From: Candidatus Omnitrophota bacterium
GTDB taxonomy: Bacteria > Omnitrophota > Gorgyraeia > Gygaellales > Profunditerraquicolaceae
Direction: 5' to 3'
NCBI GenBank assembly: GCA_043809145.1
Contig: JAZDED010000024.1
Location: forward strand, 1 to 61,887
DNA length: 61,887 nucleotides
Under the pieces are notes generated by a model. It saw only the letters and a program-made list of their open reading frames with translations. It searched no databases and was not told the DNA's origin. Below, in pieces: positions 51,548 through 61,416 of this stretch. The translations under genes and the position numbers were made by a program. Each line of letters starts with the position of its first letter. Within the stretch, counting starts at the first letter, position 1.

Positions 51548-52437
51548 TTTGCAAGCTGCCACAATTTCGGCATAGCCATACTTGCCTGGTGCATGGAAGG
51601 TGTATAATAACGCAGAGACTTCTCTTTATCGGTCAACCTTAAGCGCAGCCTGCGGGCAATTTCTTTTTCCGGTATAGCTTGAGGATTTATCTTCTTAGAA
51701 ACCATTACAAAACAATATTCGCTTCCGCAGCTGTAAGATGGCATAGGCAGTCTCACAGGATTAACATAGGTAAATAATTCTTTTAATTTACGGCAGGTAG
51801 GCTTAACAATAAGATCGAAATCCAGGAAAGGGCCTAACTGAAAAATCGCTATCCCATCTTTTTTTAAAGCATCGAATACCAACCGATAAAAATCGAGCTG
51901 AAATAATACTTTTCCGGGACCAACAGGATCCGTTGAATCAACCACAATTACATCAAAAAAATTCTTATGCCCCCGGACTAATTTCTTTCCATCAGTAAAG
52001 AATACCTTGACCCTTTTATCGGCAAATACGCCTTGGGAAATAAATGAGAGGTATTTTTTTGCTACCTCCACTACCTGCTTATCAATATCCACAAAATAAA
52101 TTTCTTTTAAAGGGTGCTTGGCAGCCTCACGCAATACCCCTCCGTCTCCTCCTCCGATCACCAGCAAGTGCTTCGGATGCGGATGGCTTAAAAGCGGAAT
52201 GTGGCTTATAACCTCATGATAAATAAATTCGTCAGCTTGAGACAGCTGGATAATTCCATCCAAAGCCAACATCTTGCCAAAACCCGGGCTTTCAAAAATA
52301 TATATATCCTGGAACTTACTTCGGCCTTTATAAATTTCTTTCTGGATACGAAAAGCGTCGGCCTTACACCTGCGCACTCCCGGAAATGATGTTTCCAGAA
52401 ACCACTCTTTCCTGGGAAAAATTATCTCTTCTTTCAT
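51544..52437 (-). CDS. speE: Polyamine aminopropyltransferase
   Basis: SKFQDI, LDG..Q, YHE, IGGGDGG, DSTDP. Confidence 0.93.
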   Translation of the reverse strand: MKEEIIFPRKEWFLETSFPGVRRCKADAFRIQKEIYKGRSKFQDIYIFESPGFGKMLALDGIIQLSQADEFIYHEVISHIPLLSHPHPKHLLVIGGGDGGVLREAAKHPLKEIYFVDIDKQVVEVAKKYLSFISQGVFADKRVKVFFTDGKKLVRGHKNFFDVIVVDSTDPVGPGKVLFQLDFYRLVFDALKKDGIAIFQLGPFLDFDLIVKPTCRKLKELFTYVNPVRLPMPSYSCGSEYCFVMVSKKINPQAIPEKEIARRLRLRLTDKEKSLRYYTPSMHQASMAMPKLWQLAK

Positions 52438-52802
52438 TATTTACCCCTTTTAATCAACATGACTTTAACCTTTTTGGGATTAAACACATCTTTAAGATAC
52501 TCCAGCGCCTCATAAGGTTTGGTCTTTCTGCCGCAGGTGAAGATATCCAATGCCAGATACTCATGTTCCGGCCAGGAATGAATAGCAATGTGGGATTCAG
52601 CTAACAAAACAATGCCAGTTACCCCTTGAACAGGAAATTTATATATCGAGGTTCTTAAAGCCGTATTGTTCGCCACTTTAGCTGCAGTTAATAATATCTT
52701 TCTTATCTTACGCGGATCATCAATACATTTCGGAGACTCAAAATCCGCAATCAGATGAAAAGAATAGGGTTTTTTATGTCGCTTATTATCTTTACATTTC
52801 AT
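52437..52802 (-). CDS. speD: S-adenosylmethionine decarboxylase proenzyme
   Basis: LAESHIAIHSWPE cleavage motif and DIFTCG. Confidence 0.9.
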   Translation of the reverse strand: MKCKDNKRHKKPYSFHLIADFESPKCIDDPRKIRKILLTAAKVANNTALRTSIYKFPVQGVTGIVLLAESHIAIHSWPEHEYLALDIFTCGRKTKPYEALEYLKDVFNPKKVKVMLIKRGK

Positions 52803-52883
52803 ATCTATTATATCCTAAATTGACCCGCATATTTTTATTCTATACATATTTTATAAAAAATCAAACTTAAATATAATATTTTT

Positions 52884-54212
52884 TTAGATATGCCTAAAAA
52901 TCCGTAAAACCTTCTTAGCTGCCTGGGCAGGTGAAGATAGAGACATTTTCAAAAAACGGGCTAAAGAGGCGGGCTTCATCGCAAAATCAAAAAATATGCG
53001 TGAACGCAGGCGCTTAATTTCATCAACAGTAAGAAATTCACTTACCCGGATCTGTGTATCGTCAGGAGAAAAAACCTTCCAGTTGATTATCTGAGGTATA
53101 AATCCCTTCTCCTTGCACCAATCCCATATCTGCGTACCGGGAAAGGGAGTCGCCATACATAACCCGATGCAATCAATATCATTTTCCATGATAAACTTGC
53201 GCGTAAGCTGTATATCTGCTTTGGTTTCATGCGGAAGCCCGAGTATGAAAAAAGCAACACAGATGATTCCCGCCTCTTTACATAGCTCCACCGCCTTTTT
53301 ATTTTCTTCTACCTTTGTTCTCTTTTGCATAATATCCAACATTTTTTGAGAGCCGCTTTCGAACCCAAAAGCAATCTGGCGGCAACCAGCCTGAAAAGCC
53401 TCTTTAAGAATCTGCTCATCAATAGTATTAACTCTGCAATTACAACCCCAGATTATGCCAAGGTTGTCTTCTCGAATCAGTTGAAATATTTTTTTTGCTC
53501 TTTCTTTATTGGCAAAAAAATCATCGTCAAAAACAGTAATAGCCTGCGTCTTATATGTATCAATCAGGTATTTCATATCCCTGACTACCCGTTCCGGAGA
53601 ATTAAATCTAAACGGCATGCCCCTCCAGGTGTTATGGCAGAATATGCAGGAGTAAGGACAACCCCTGCCGGTCAACATTGATGCCACCTTATACCCTTTA
53701 GGAACAAAAATAAGCGCTGTATTATAAGGAGCGCGCTCTCGCGCATTCAAATAAAAATCCATATTCATCAATTGATATGCCGGAGGAGGCAGAGTATCCA
53801 AATCTCTGATATAATCCCGGGTAATAACTTTTTCTCTAGCGCCGCCTGAGACAATATCCAACATAGCCTGCTCTCCCTCGCCTTTAACTACAATATCGGC
53901 ATGCTTTAATGCTTCCTCTGTCATCACCGTAGCATGCACCCCTCCTAAAACAGTGAGAACACCCTGCTGACGGCAAAAATCCGCATGCCGATAAGCATGT
54001 TCTACAAAAGGCGTGGTAGCGGTAATCCCGGCTATATCAGGCTTATAATCTTTAATACCTAACTCGACATTATCCCCGGCAACTTCATCAATAATCTTTA
54101 CCTCAACGCCTTTTTCAATAAGTGAAGAGGCAATAAAACCTAATTGCAAAGGTTCATGGGCATCAAAGCGCCCACCTCTGCCGGGATTAATTAAAGCTAC
54201 TTTTTTTGTCAT
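52884..54212 (-). CDS. Cobalamin-binding radical SAM protein
   Basis: B12-binding N-domain (LGGVHAT, GEGE), RGCPYSCIFC, GFESGS, TPFPGT. Confidence 0.9.
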   Translation of the reverse strand: MTKKVALINPGRGGRFDAHEPLQLGFIASSLIEKGVEVKIIDEVAGDNVELGIKDYKPDIAGITATTPFVEHAYRHADFCRQQGVLTVLGGVHATVMTEEALKHADIVVKGEGEQAMLDIVSGGAREKVITRDYIRDLDTLPPPAYQLMNMDFYLNARERAPYNTALIFVPKGYKVASMLTGRGCPYSCIFCHNTWRGMPFRFNSPERVVRDMKYLIDTYKTQAITVFDDDFFANKERAKKIFQLIREDNLGIIWGCNCRVNTIDEQILKEAFQAGCRQIAFGFESGSQKMLDIMQKRTKVEENKKAVELCKEAGIICVAFFILGLPHETKADIQLTRKFIMENDIDCIGLCMATPFPGTQIWDWCKEKGFIPQIINWKVFSPDDTQIRVSEFLTVDEIKRLRSRIFFDFAMKPASLARFLKMSLSSPAQAAKKVLRIFRHI

Positions 54213-54335
54213 ATTTTAAACTCTATTTATTTTACTAATACTATTAACCGATCTTTTCTTACCCAAATACGACCCGAGGAATATATTCTAGCATAATGAA
54301 TAATAAATGCAATTGCTCCTTCTAGGGCTTAGAGA

Positions 54336-54373
54336 AATACAAGAGGCCCAGTATTTGCTGGGCCTCTTGTATT
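54336..54373 (-). terminator. Strong hairpin, probable terminator
   Basis: AATACAAGAGGCCCAG/CTGGGCCTCTTGTATT perfect 16-bp stem 20 nt after the stop of 54393-55001. Confidence 0.75.
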
Positions 54374-54392
54374 AATTATTATTAAAAAACTT

Positions 54393-55001
54393 CTACCTTT
54401 TGCGCCCCTGGGCACCTGGAGCTTTACCGCCACCTTGGCCACTATCACTTGACCTGCGATTAGGGCTTACTCCGGGGCCACCTTGTGGCCCGGGCTTATT
54501 CTCCCAATTAGTACCTGGCCCACCTTTAGGCCCAGGAGGATTATTGTCCCTGTCTTGAACCCTCTGTCTCCATTGCTGCGCTTCTGTTTGATCAACTATA
54601 CCATCCCTATTCGTATCAGTAGCCCTTTCCCAGCCTCTATCTACAACAGCCCGATCATTCATAAAGTTATCCCCGGGGCCATTTCCTTCTTGCTGTTCAA
54701 GAGATCCGCCGGCATTCCTTTGTCTCCATTGCCTTATTTCTACATCATCCACTACACCGTCTTGATTTGTATCAGCAGCTTTCTCCCACCCCTCATTAAC
54801 CCTGGTTCTTTCTCGAAGATTTTTGGAGCTTGTACCAGGACCGCCTTGTGGCCCGGGCTTATTCTCCCAATTAGTACCTGGCCCACCTTTAGGCCCAGGA
54901 GGATTATTGTTCCTGTCTTGAGCTAAACTAAAAGATATGGTTAGAGTTAAAATAATAAAAAACACAAAAACAACTGCAATAAACTTAACCCCTCTGCACA
55001 T
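54393..55001 (-). CDS. Secreted Pro/Gly-repeat protein with two EF-hand-like loops
   Basis: Signal peptide; 2x NNPPGPKGGPGTNWENKPGPQGGPG; DTNQDGVVDDVE and DTNRDGIVDQTE loops; GGAGG RBS. Confidence 0.8.
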   Translation of the reverse strand: MCRGVKFIAVVFVFFIILTLTISFSLAQDRNNNPPGPKGGPGTNWENKPGPQGGPGTSSKNLRERTRVNEGWEKAADTNQDGVVDDVEIRQWRQRNAGGSLEQQEGNGPGDNFMNDRAVVDRGWERATDTNRDGIVDQTEAQQWRQRVQDRDNNPPGPKGGPGTNWENKPGPQGGPGVSPNRRSSDSGQGGGKAPGAQGRKR

Positions 55002-55095
55002 GCGCTACCTCCCATCACGGTATCTGCATAAACAATCAATCAATAATTATTTTATATGAAAATTCAATAAAGTAAACAAAATATTGGCGAGCCTT

Positions 55096-55413
55096 TTACG
55101 ACCTGATCATTACCAGCATCATCTTAAAACGTTCACCGGCTTTCAGGGAATGCGGTTCATTCGCCGGCATAATAATAAAATCTCCTGCCTGCGCAGTATA
55201 AACTTTGCCTGATATTGTTATATCAGCTCTTCCTTCAGCTATATACACCAAAGCATCAAAAGGCGCTGTATGTTCACTTAAACCCTGCGCCTTATCAAAG
55301 GCAAAAAGAGTGACATTTCCGGTCTTGCCCTTAATAATCTCCTTACTCACCACCGAACTATCTTGATAATCTATAGCTTTACCTAAATTTAAACCCTCTT
55401 TTGTAATTATCAT
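55096..55413 (-). CDS. Cupin domain protein
   Basis: GLSEHTAP.DA, EG, MPA.EPH. Confidence 0.9.
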   Translation of the reverse strand: MIITKEGLNLGKAIDYQDSSVVSKEIIKGKTGNVTLFAFDKAQGLSEHTAPFDALVYIAEGRADITISGKVYTAQAGDFIIMPANEPHSLKAGERFKMMLVMIRS

Positions 55414-55421
55414 TTCTCACC

Positions 55422-56708
55422 TCACTTTAAGATAGCCTCTAAATCCGCATCCGGAGTAGTCACCGGTTTAATATCGAATGTATCTTGTAATACCTTCAAA
55501 ACATTGGGGCTGACGAATGCCGGTAGCGAAGGGCCTAAACGGATGCCTTTAACGCCCAAATGAAGAAGGGTTAAAAGTATAGCCACGGCTTTTTGCTCAA
55601 ACCAGGAAAGCACAAAAGATAAAGGTAATTCATTGACTGAGCAGTTAAAAGCCTTGGCCAGGGCCAAAGCCACCTGAATTGCTGAATATGCGTTATTACA
55701 TTGCCCGATATCAATAAGCCGCGGAATACCGTCAATACTCCCAAAATCAAGCTTGTTAAACCTGTACTTGCCGCAAGCTAATGTGAAAATAACGCAATCT
55801 TTAGGAACCTTCTCGGCAAATTCCGTATAGTAGTTACGGCCCGGCCTTGCTCCATCGCAGCCGCCGATCAAAAAAAATCTTTTAATCTTGCCACTTTTGA
55901 CCGCTGCGATAATTTTATCGGCCAGTCCGAGAATTGCCGTATGATGAAACCCTGTCATAATCTTTTTGCCCGGAGCATCCGGTAATGCAGGGAGACTCTT
56001 GGCTTTTTCAATCACCGCTTTAAAATCCCTATTCTTAAGGTGCGTTGCACCCTCAACCCCGGTTATTCCTATAGTAAACAACCTGTCTAAATAAGTGTTG
56101 GGAGGCGGAATCAATACACAATTAGTCGTAGCCAATAGAGCTCCGGTAAATTTACTAAATTCCTCCTTTTGCTCCTGCCAGGCTCCGCCGTAATTGCCAA
56201 CCAGGTGAGGAAATTGTTTTAATTTAGGATATCCGTGAGCAGGAAGCATCTCGCTATGGGTATAAATATTTACCCCCTTACCTTCAGTCTGTTTAAGCAG
56301 CTCATATAAGTCCAACAGGTCATGCCCGGTAATAAGTATCCCAGGGCCTTTTTTTGTTCCGCTCTCTACCTCTGTCGGTACAGGGTTACCAAAACGCTCG
56401 GTATGCGCCTTATCTAAAAGCTCCATGGTCTTGAGATTCATCTCACCGCATTTAAGCACCAAATCAATATATTGCAGCAAATCAAAACTAACATTTGTAA
56501 CTGTCTTAAAAAGCGCCTCGTGCACAAATCCATCCACATCCTTATCAATACCGCCTAATTCTCTGGCGTGATACGCATATGCCGACATTCCTTTTAACCC
56601 AAACAAGAGAATATCCTGCAAGCTTTGAATATCGGCACTCTTACCGCAAACTCCTGACCGAGTGCATCCCGAACCGCCGGCTGTCTGCTCACACTGATAA
56701 CAAAACAT
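55422..56708 (-). CDS. hcp: Hybrid cluster protein (hydroxylamine reductase), short class III form
   Basis: MFCYQCEQT..C..GVCGK, TGHD, HSEMLPAH, TNC, GCD, GQCN, WFEQKA; 428 aa. Confidence 0.95.
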   Translation of the reverse strand: MFCYQCEQTAGGSGCTRSGVCGKSADIQSLQDILLFGLKGMSAYAYHARELGGIDKDVDGFVHEALFKTVTNVSFDLLQYIDLVLKCGEMNLKTMELLDKAHTERFGNPVPTEVESGTKKGPGILITGHDLLDLYELLKQTEGKGVNIYTHSEMLPAHGYPKLKQFPHLVGNYGGAWQEQKEEFSKFTGALLATTNCVLIPPPNTYLDRLFTIGITGVEGATHLKNRDFKAVIEKAKSLPALPDAPGKKIMTGFHHTAILGLADKIIAAVKSGKIKRFFLIGGCDGARPGRNYYTEFAEKVPKDCVIFTLACGKYRFNKLDFGSIDGIPRLIDIGQCNNAYSAIQVALALAKAFNCSVNELPLSFVLSWFEQKAVAILLTLLHLGVKGIRLGPSLPAFVSPNVLKVLQDTFDIKPVTTPDADLEAILK

Positions 56709-56721
56709 ACTTTACCTCCCT

Positions 56722-57132
56722 TTATTGTTTTTGATTTCTGACTAACCTGCCCAAAGTTATACCTCTAAACTCCTTCTCTACAACTTGCTCCACGCGCCTA
56801 ATCTCTTTGCGTAAGATGCAACGTGCGCGATTAACGCAGAGTCTGCGACGAAACATACACTCTGAAAGCTGCACATTTCCTTGAAATATTTTTATAATAT
56901 CTGTAATACTTACTTTTTTGGGATCCACATTAATCTTAAAACCTCCGTTTATACCCTCGCGTGAGAACACCATATTATTGCGAATAAGTTTCCTCAAAAT
57001 TACCCTTAAAAACTGATAGGGTACGTTTTGCTCCTTCGATATTTGACGCGCTGACAAAAAACACTTCTTGGAGTTGGCCAAGGCTAACATAGCCCTAATC
57101 GCGTAATCAGAATTCTTGGTTATAAGTTTCAC
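56722..57132 (-). CDS. Rrf2 family regulator with three Cys
   Basis: DYAIRA, wHTH wing S.EG.NGG, C-x6-C-x5-C; GTG start with AAGGAG RBS. Confidence 0.9.
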   Translation of the reverse strand: MKLITKNSDYAIRAMLALANSKKCFLSARQISKEQNVPYQFLRVILRKLIRNNMVFSREGINGGFKINVDPKKVSITDIIKIFQGNVQLSECMFRRRLCVNRARCILRKEIRRVEQVVEKEFRGITLGRLVRNQKQ

Positions 57133-57145
57133 AATTTATCCTCCT

Positions 57146-57187
57146 TTATACTGATACTAATATAGTATCAGTATAAGTATTTGTCAA
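57146..57187 (-). promoter_or_regulatory. Promoter with overlapping palindromic operator
   Basis: TTATACTGATACTA-ATA-TAGTATCAGTATAA (57146-57176) overlapping TTGACA-17-TATATT. Confidence 0.75.
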
Positions 57188-57215
57188 GATATTTTTTAAA
57201 TATTTAAAGTAACAC

Positions 57216-58256
57216 CTATTTTGTCTGGTTTAAATATGAGACTAACTGCAGGAGCCGGCCATAATCCCGGCGATTGAATTTCATGATTAGGCGCGGTAAA
57301 TCCGGAAATTCATTCTTCTGCACCTCTTCCGAAGTAGGTGCGCCAGGGCTGATTATTCCATCGGTCAGGATATCTTTGAATTTTTGGTTTAAGAGCCTTA
57401 AGGACTTGCTGGAAAGAGTCTTATTTAATCTTAATATGGTCATATCCCCAACATAACGTATCGAGTGATACACTCTATAAAAATCCTCTATCAAACCTAC
57501 TCCTTTATTTACATCTGTGACAATGTGAAAAAGATTAAGGTCTTCTTTACGAATATATTTATTTTTAACCAGATGTTCCACAACATACCCTTTCCAGGCT
57601 CTCCAATACGTTGAACCTGGTGGCTCCATTAAGAGAATCGGACGCGGGGCAGATTTACCGGTTTGAAGCAGAGTAAGCATTTCGAACCCCTCATCATTGG
57701 TCCCGAATCCACCGGGAAAGAGGGTCGTGGCATCACTCTCTTTTACAAAAATCAGCTTTCTGGTAAAGAAATACTTAAAATTAATCAGCTTTTCTTTCTC
57801 GCTCAGATAGGGATTGGGTTTTTGTTCAAAAGGAAGGCGTATATTCAATGCAAAATCACTTCCCGGCAAAGCACCTTTATTTCCGGCCTCCATAACTCCC
57901 GGTCCACCGCCGGTAATCACCATAAAGCCTTTTTTTGTTATTTTAAAAGCAAACTCTTCGGCCATCTTATACTCCTGCGAACTCTGCTTTGACCTGGCCG
58001 AACCGAATATTATCACTTTTTTAATATTGCGGTAAGGAGAAAATACCTTAAAAGAATAACGCAACTCCTTAAGCACGTTATTTACCAATTTTAGGTCGCC
58101 CTTATCGCGCGATTCCATACCCAGCTTTACGCAGCTAGTAAGTATTTCGTGCAGGAGGCTTTGGGTACTCCCAGAAGCGCATATCTTGAGCAACTCATCT
58201 ATCAAGCCCTGCGCTTGTTTATTACCTACCCGGTATTCCTTCGCTATCCTAACCAT
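57216..58256 (-). CDS. LOG family (TIGR00730-like) nucleotide phosphoribohydrolase, long form
   Basis: [36 protein letters not shown]. Confidence 0.9.
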   Translation of the reverse strand: MVRIAKEYRVGNKQAQGLIDELLKICASGSTQSLLHEILTSCVKLGMESRDKGDLKLVNNVLKELRYSFKVFSPYRNIKKVIIFGSARSKQSSQEYKMAEEFAFKITKKGFMVITGGGPGVMEAGNKGALPGSDFALNIRLPFEQKPNPYLSEKEKLINFKYFFTRKLIFVKESDATTLFPGGFGTNDEGFEMLTLLQTGKSAPRPILLMEPPGSTYWRAWKGYVVEHLVKNKYIRKEDLNLFHIVTDVNKGVGLIEDFYRVYHSIRYVGDMTILRLNKTLSSKSLRLLNQKFKDILTDGIISPGAPTSEEVQKNEFPDLPRLIMKFNRRDYGRLLQLVSYLNQTK

Positions 58257-59268
58257 TCTTCTTTCTCAAATAAAGCTCTGTAAATTTTATTATATCATTC
58301 ATCATCGAAACCGCCGGGACCGGATATTTGCCCACGGCCGATTCAGCCGAAAGCATAACAAAATCAGTACCATCAATAATAGCATTGGCCACATCAGTTA
58401 CCTCTGCGCGCGTAGGCCGGATATTCTCAGTCATACTTTCCAGCATCTGCGTCGCAGTAATGACGAATTTACGCGCCTTGTTGCATTTTTTAATGATCAT
58501 TTTCTGGACAATGGGGACTTCGTAAATAGGTATGGATACCCCCATATCTCCGCGGGCAATCATGATACCATCAGAAACTTTGATAATCTCATCTATATTT
58601 TCTATACCCTCCCTGTTTTCGATTTTGGCGATTACCCTGATAGGCGAGTTAACTTTCAGCAACTGGCGCACCTGCTTAACATCAGCCGAGCTACGCACAA
58701 ATGACTGCGCAATATAATCAATTCCCTGACTTTCACAAAAAAGCGCGTCCTCTATGTCCTTTCTATCGATCCCTTTAAATTTAAGCTTAGCCTGCGGGAT
58801 ATTCACCCCCTTATGCTCTTTTAAGACACCTCCTATTATAACCTTGGCCTTGAGTTTATTATTAACGTGTCCGACTATCTCCAGCGCTATATTACCATCG
58901 TCAATAAAAACATGCTGCCCTTTTTTTATGTCTCGTAAAAGCCCTGAATAATCAAATGGGATCACAGTGGCTGAACCCATAATCTTTTTCTGAATAAGAT
59001 AGATTATCTGGCGCTTTTTAAGCTCAACAGGCCGGGTGAGTTCTCCTATTCTTATGCGATGGCCCTGCAAATCTCCGAGAATTCTTAAGTGCCGGCGGTA
59101 TTTTGTATTCAGAGTACGGATAAGTTCTATCCTGCCTGATAGTTCAGCCGCTCGTGCGTGGGAAAAGTTAAGCCGCACAACATCCATCCCGGCAAGCATC
59201 ATTTTCCTGACTACTCCTTCCAAAGAAGTAGCCGGTCCCAAAGTACAAATTATCTTAGTCCTAACCAT
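58249..59268 (-). CDS. pyk: Pyruvate kinase lacking the C-terminal domain
   Basis: [54 protein letters not shown]; only 339 aa. Confidence 0.93.
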   Translation of the reverse strand: MVRTKIICTLGPATSLEGVVRKMMLAGMDVVRLNFSHARAAELSGRIELIRTLNTKYRRHLRILGDLQGHRIRIGELTRPVELKKRQIIYLIQKKIMGSATVIPFDYSGLLRDIKKGQHVFIDDGNIALEIVGHVNNKLKAKVIIGGVLKEHKGVNIPQAKLKFKGIDRKDIEDALFCESQGIDYIAQSFVRSSADVKQVRQLLKVNSPIRVIAKIENREGIENIDEIIKVSDGIMIARGDMGVSIPIYEVPIVQKMIIKKCNKARKFVITATQMLESMTENIRPTRAEVTDVANAIIDGTDFVMLSAESAVGKYPVPAVSMMNDIIKFTELYLRKKNG

Positions 59269-59353
59269 ATGACACCTCGTTAACTAGCATCTGTTTTGTT
59301 TTCTGATTAAAGCTGATAAAACAATCAGGACGCCATCTTCACTTTACTACTTA

Positions 59354-60370
59354 TTATTGCATAATCAGATCTTCACTTAAACACGCATCCCAAAAATAAC
59401 AGTTAATAAGAAAAGCGCAGGGTATTTTGCATTTCAATATTTTATCAATATATCCGGGCATCTTTTTATTCCACATACTCATAAGACTCTCTTTCCTAAT
59501 ATTGCCCAGTTCTCCGCCTATATCACAAACCGCTATTCCACCATATGGATTAATAGAGATCGGTTTCTGAAAGACAACACAGTTGACTTCTTTGACAAAA
59601 TTGTAAGGGTTTCTGAAATATGCCTTGAATGCCTTAAGCTGAACTACAGAACAACCGATTTTATTTCCAGGAGTATTTTGCGTTTCAAGCCTCATCTCGG
59701 CTATCCTATCCAAAACTGCATCAATTTTTTCAATATCATTGGGCCAAAGATGCCCAAATTCATGCTTTTTAAACCAAAGGCAATCGCTAGAAGAGTTCTG
59801 TGGCTGCATCAAGACTTGAAAACCAATAAACGCAATCTTGGGATTCTTCAAAACCCAATTCGAGAGTTCTAATATATCATCTAGATTTTGTTTAAAAATT
59901 ATCGTATTAATTCCGATTTTCATCTGCGGAAATACCTGTTTAATCTCGTCTATACCGCTCATAATATTATTAAAAAGCCCGGGGCTGCCCCGGAAACTAT
60001 CATGTTTCTTAACATCTAACGTCTCCAGGGAAAATGTTATTGTATCCAACCCCGCATCCGATAAATCTCTTATCATACTAGAAGTTAACCCGCTTCCGCT
60101 AGTGGTGATATAAGATTCAAACCCGTTTTGACGAACAAACTCAACGAGCTCTACGATGCCATCTTTTAGCAATGGCTCCCCACCGGTAAAACTAATCTGA
60201 AAAGGACGTTCTACCCAGTCTCGGATTGATAAAATAAAATCTTTCCATTCGTGGATAGAAAGCTCCTGAGGATCTTTCTGCCTCTTAGAAAGAAAACAAA
60301 ATATGCATTTGTTCAAACAATAATCCGAAACATTAATAACCAGTCCATTGGGTTTCTTAATTTCTAACAT
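59354..60370 (-). CDS. Radical SAM protein with SPASM/twitch-like C-terminus
   Basis: CLNKCIFC, TGGEPLL, C-terminal C..I...G....C...GNI and further Cys. Confidence 0.88.
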   Translation of the reverse strand: MLEIKKPNGLVINVSDYCLNKCIFCFLSKRQKDPQELSIHEWKDFILSIRDWVERPFQISFTGGEPLLKDGIVELVEFVRQNGFESYITTSGSGLTSSMIRDLSDAGLDTITFSLETLDVKKHDSFRGSPGLFNNIMSGIDEIKQVFPQMKIGINTIIFKQNLDDILELSNWVLKNPKIAFIGFQVLMQPQNSSSDCLWFKKHEFGHLWPNDIEKIDAVLDRIAEMRLETQNTPGNKIGCSVVQLKAFKAYFRNPYNFVKEVNCVVFQKPISINPYGGIAVCDIGGELGNIRKESLMSMWNKKMPGYIDKILKCKIPCAFLINCYFWDACLSEDLIMQ

Positions 60371-60382
60371 TTATCGTAATAA

Positions 60383-60993
60383 TTAACTTAACTTGTTTGC
60401 TTTTCTGGCCACCATAATAATCTGACAGCTATCATTATAAGTTTCAACAATCATCCCAAGCTTCACTAGTAACTTCTTCACTGAACTTAAAGGCATTTTA
60501 GAGTCATAATGTTTATGCCCATCCAACCCATGCACTTTTTGCATAATACGTTCACCTCTTTTATTCAAATCCGCAATCACCAGCTTTTCATTAATAACCC
60601 TAAACATCTACTTGATGCATTTGGCTGGATTTCTCGCATGGTGAATAAAATTTACCGAGATTGCAGCATTAAAGTATCTGTCCAGATAAAGTAATCTCTC
60701 AGCATTCATTATTTTAAAAAATGCAAATTTATTAAACCCGGCCTGCTTTAGGGATACCCTGGCTGCTCCTTGCGCTTCTCTATCCATATCGATTGAAATA
60801 AACCTATATCTTTTTTTGCTAAAGCTAATGCCATATGCCCTCGTCCTGTGCCGACTTCTAATAAACTCCCTTTTCTTAGCTTGGCTTTGGCAAAAATTAA
60901 ATTTCTGGCTTTAGGGATATCATAGCCGTATTTCCTGAATAACTTTAATCTATCCCCACTTTCCCTAGCTATTGCGTAACCCATTAAATTCAC
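60383..60993 (-). pseudogene. Class I SAM-dependent methyltransferase, disrupted
   Basis: LLEVGTGRG motif I; -1 shift at A7 run (plus-strand T 60811-60817) restores YRFISID..NAERL..NFIHH; in-frame TAG at 60608-60610 before MFRV..LVIAD. Confidence 0.8.
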
Positions 60994-61416
60994 CTTTTTA
61001 ATTACTCCATCTTCAATCTTTAGTTACTTCTCCAATCTCGCAAAAAACTCAGTCGATGTTTCATTAAGCCTTCTTTCTTTTATAAACGCTTATACTTCAT
61101 CAACCCTATTTTTTCTCCATAAGCGCATCGAGCATAAATAGGCCAACATTGACTAATTACATTTCTATTATTCTACTACAATATTAGGAACTGGTGTCAA
61201 AAAACTTTAATGTGAAAAATATAACTCCTCCCTAATGAATCATAAAGAAACCCCCTGCTAATGACAGGACAGAACTCCCCATATCATGGTAAATAAAAAA
61301 AGGAACTCTCCCCTTAAAAACAGCCTATCTGAAGCTGCCTTTCGGGAACAGTCCCTTATTCAAATAGAATCCCTGATAGAACCGAGCTAATACTTAATCT
61401 TTCCTGTAGGGTTATT

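Noticed and set aside
60605-60820. Programmed frameshift plus pyrrolysine readthrough
   Set aside because: Needs two recoding events; no pyl genes or stimulatory structure seen; TAG is one change from GAG.
61024-61149. Short interrupted reading frame (MLAYLCSMRLW..*AFIKERR..)
   Set aside because: Too short, contains an internal stop and has no recognisable homology.
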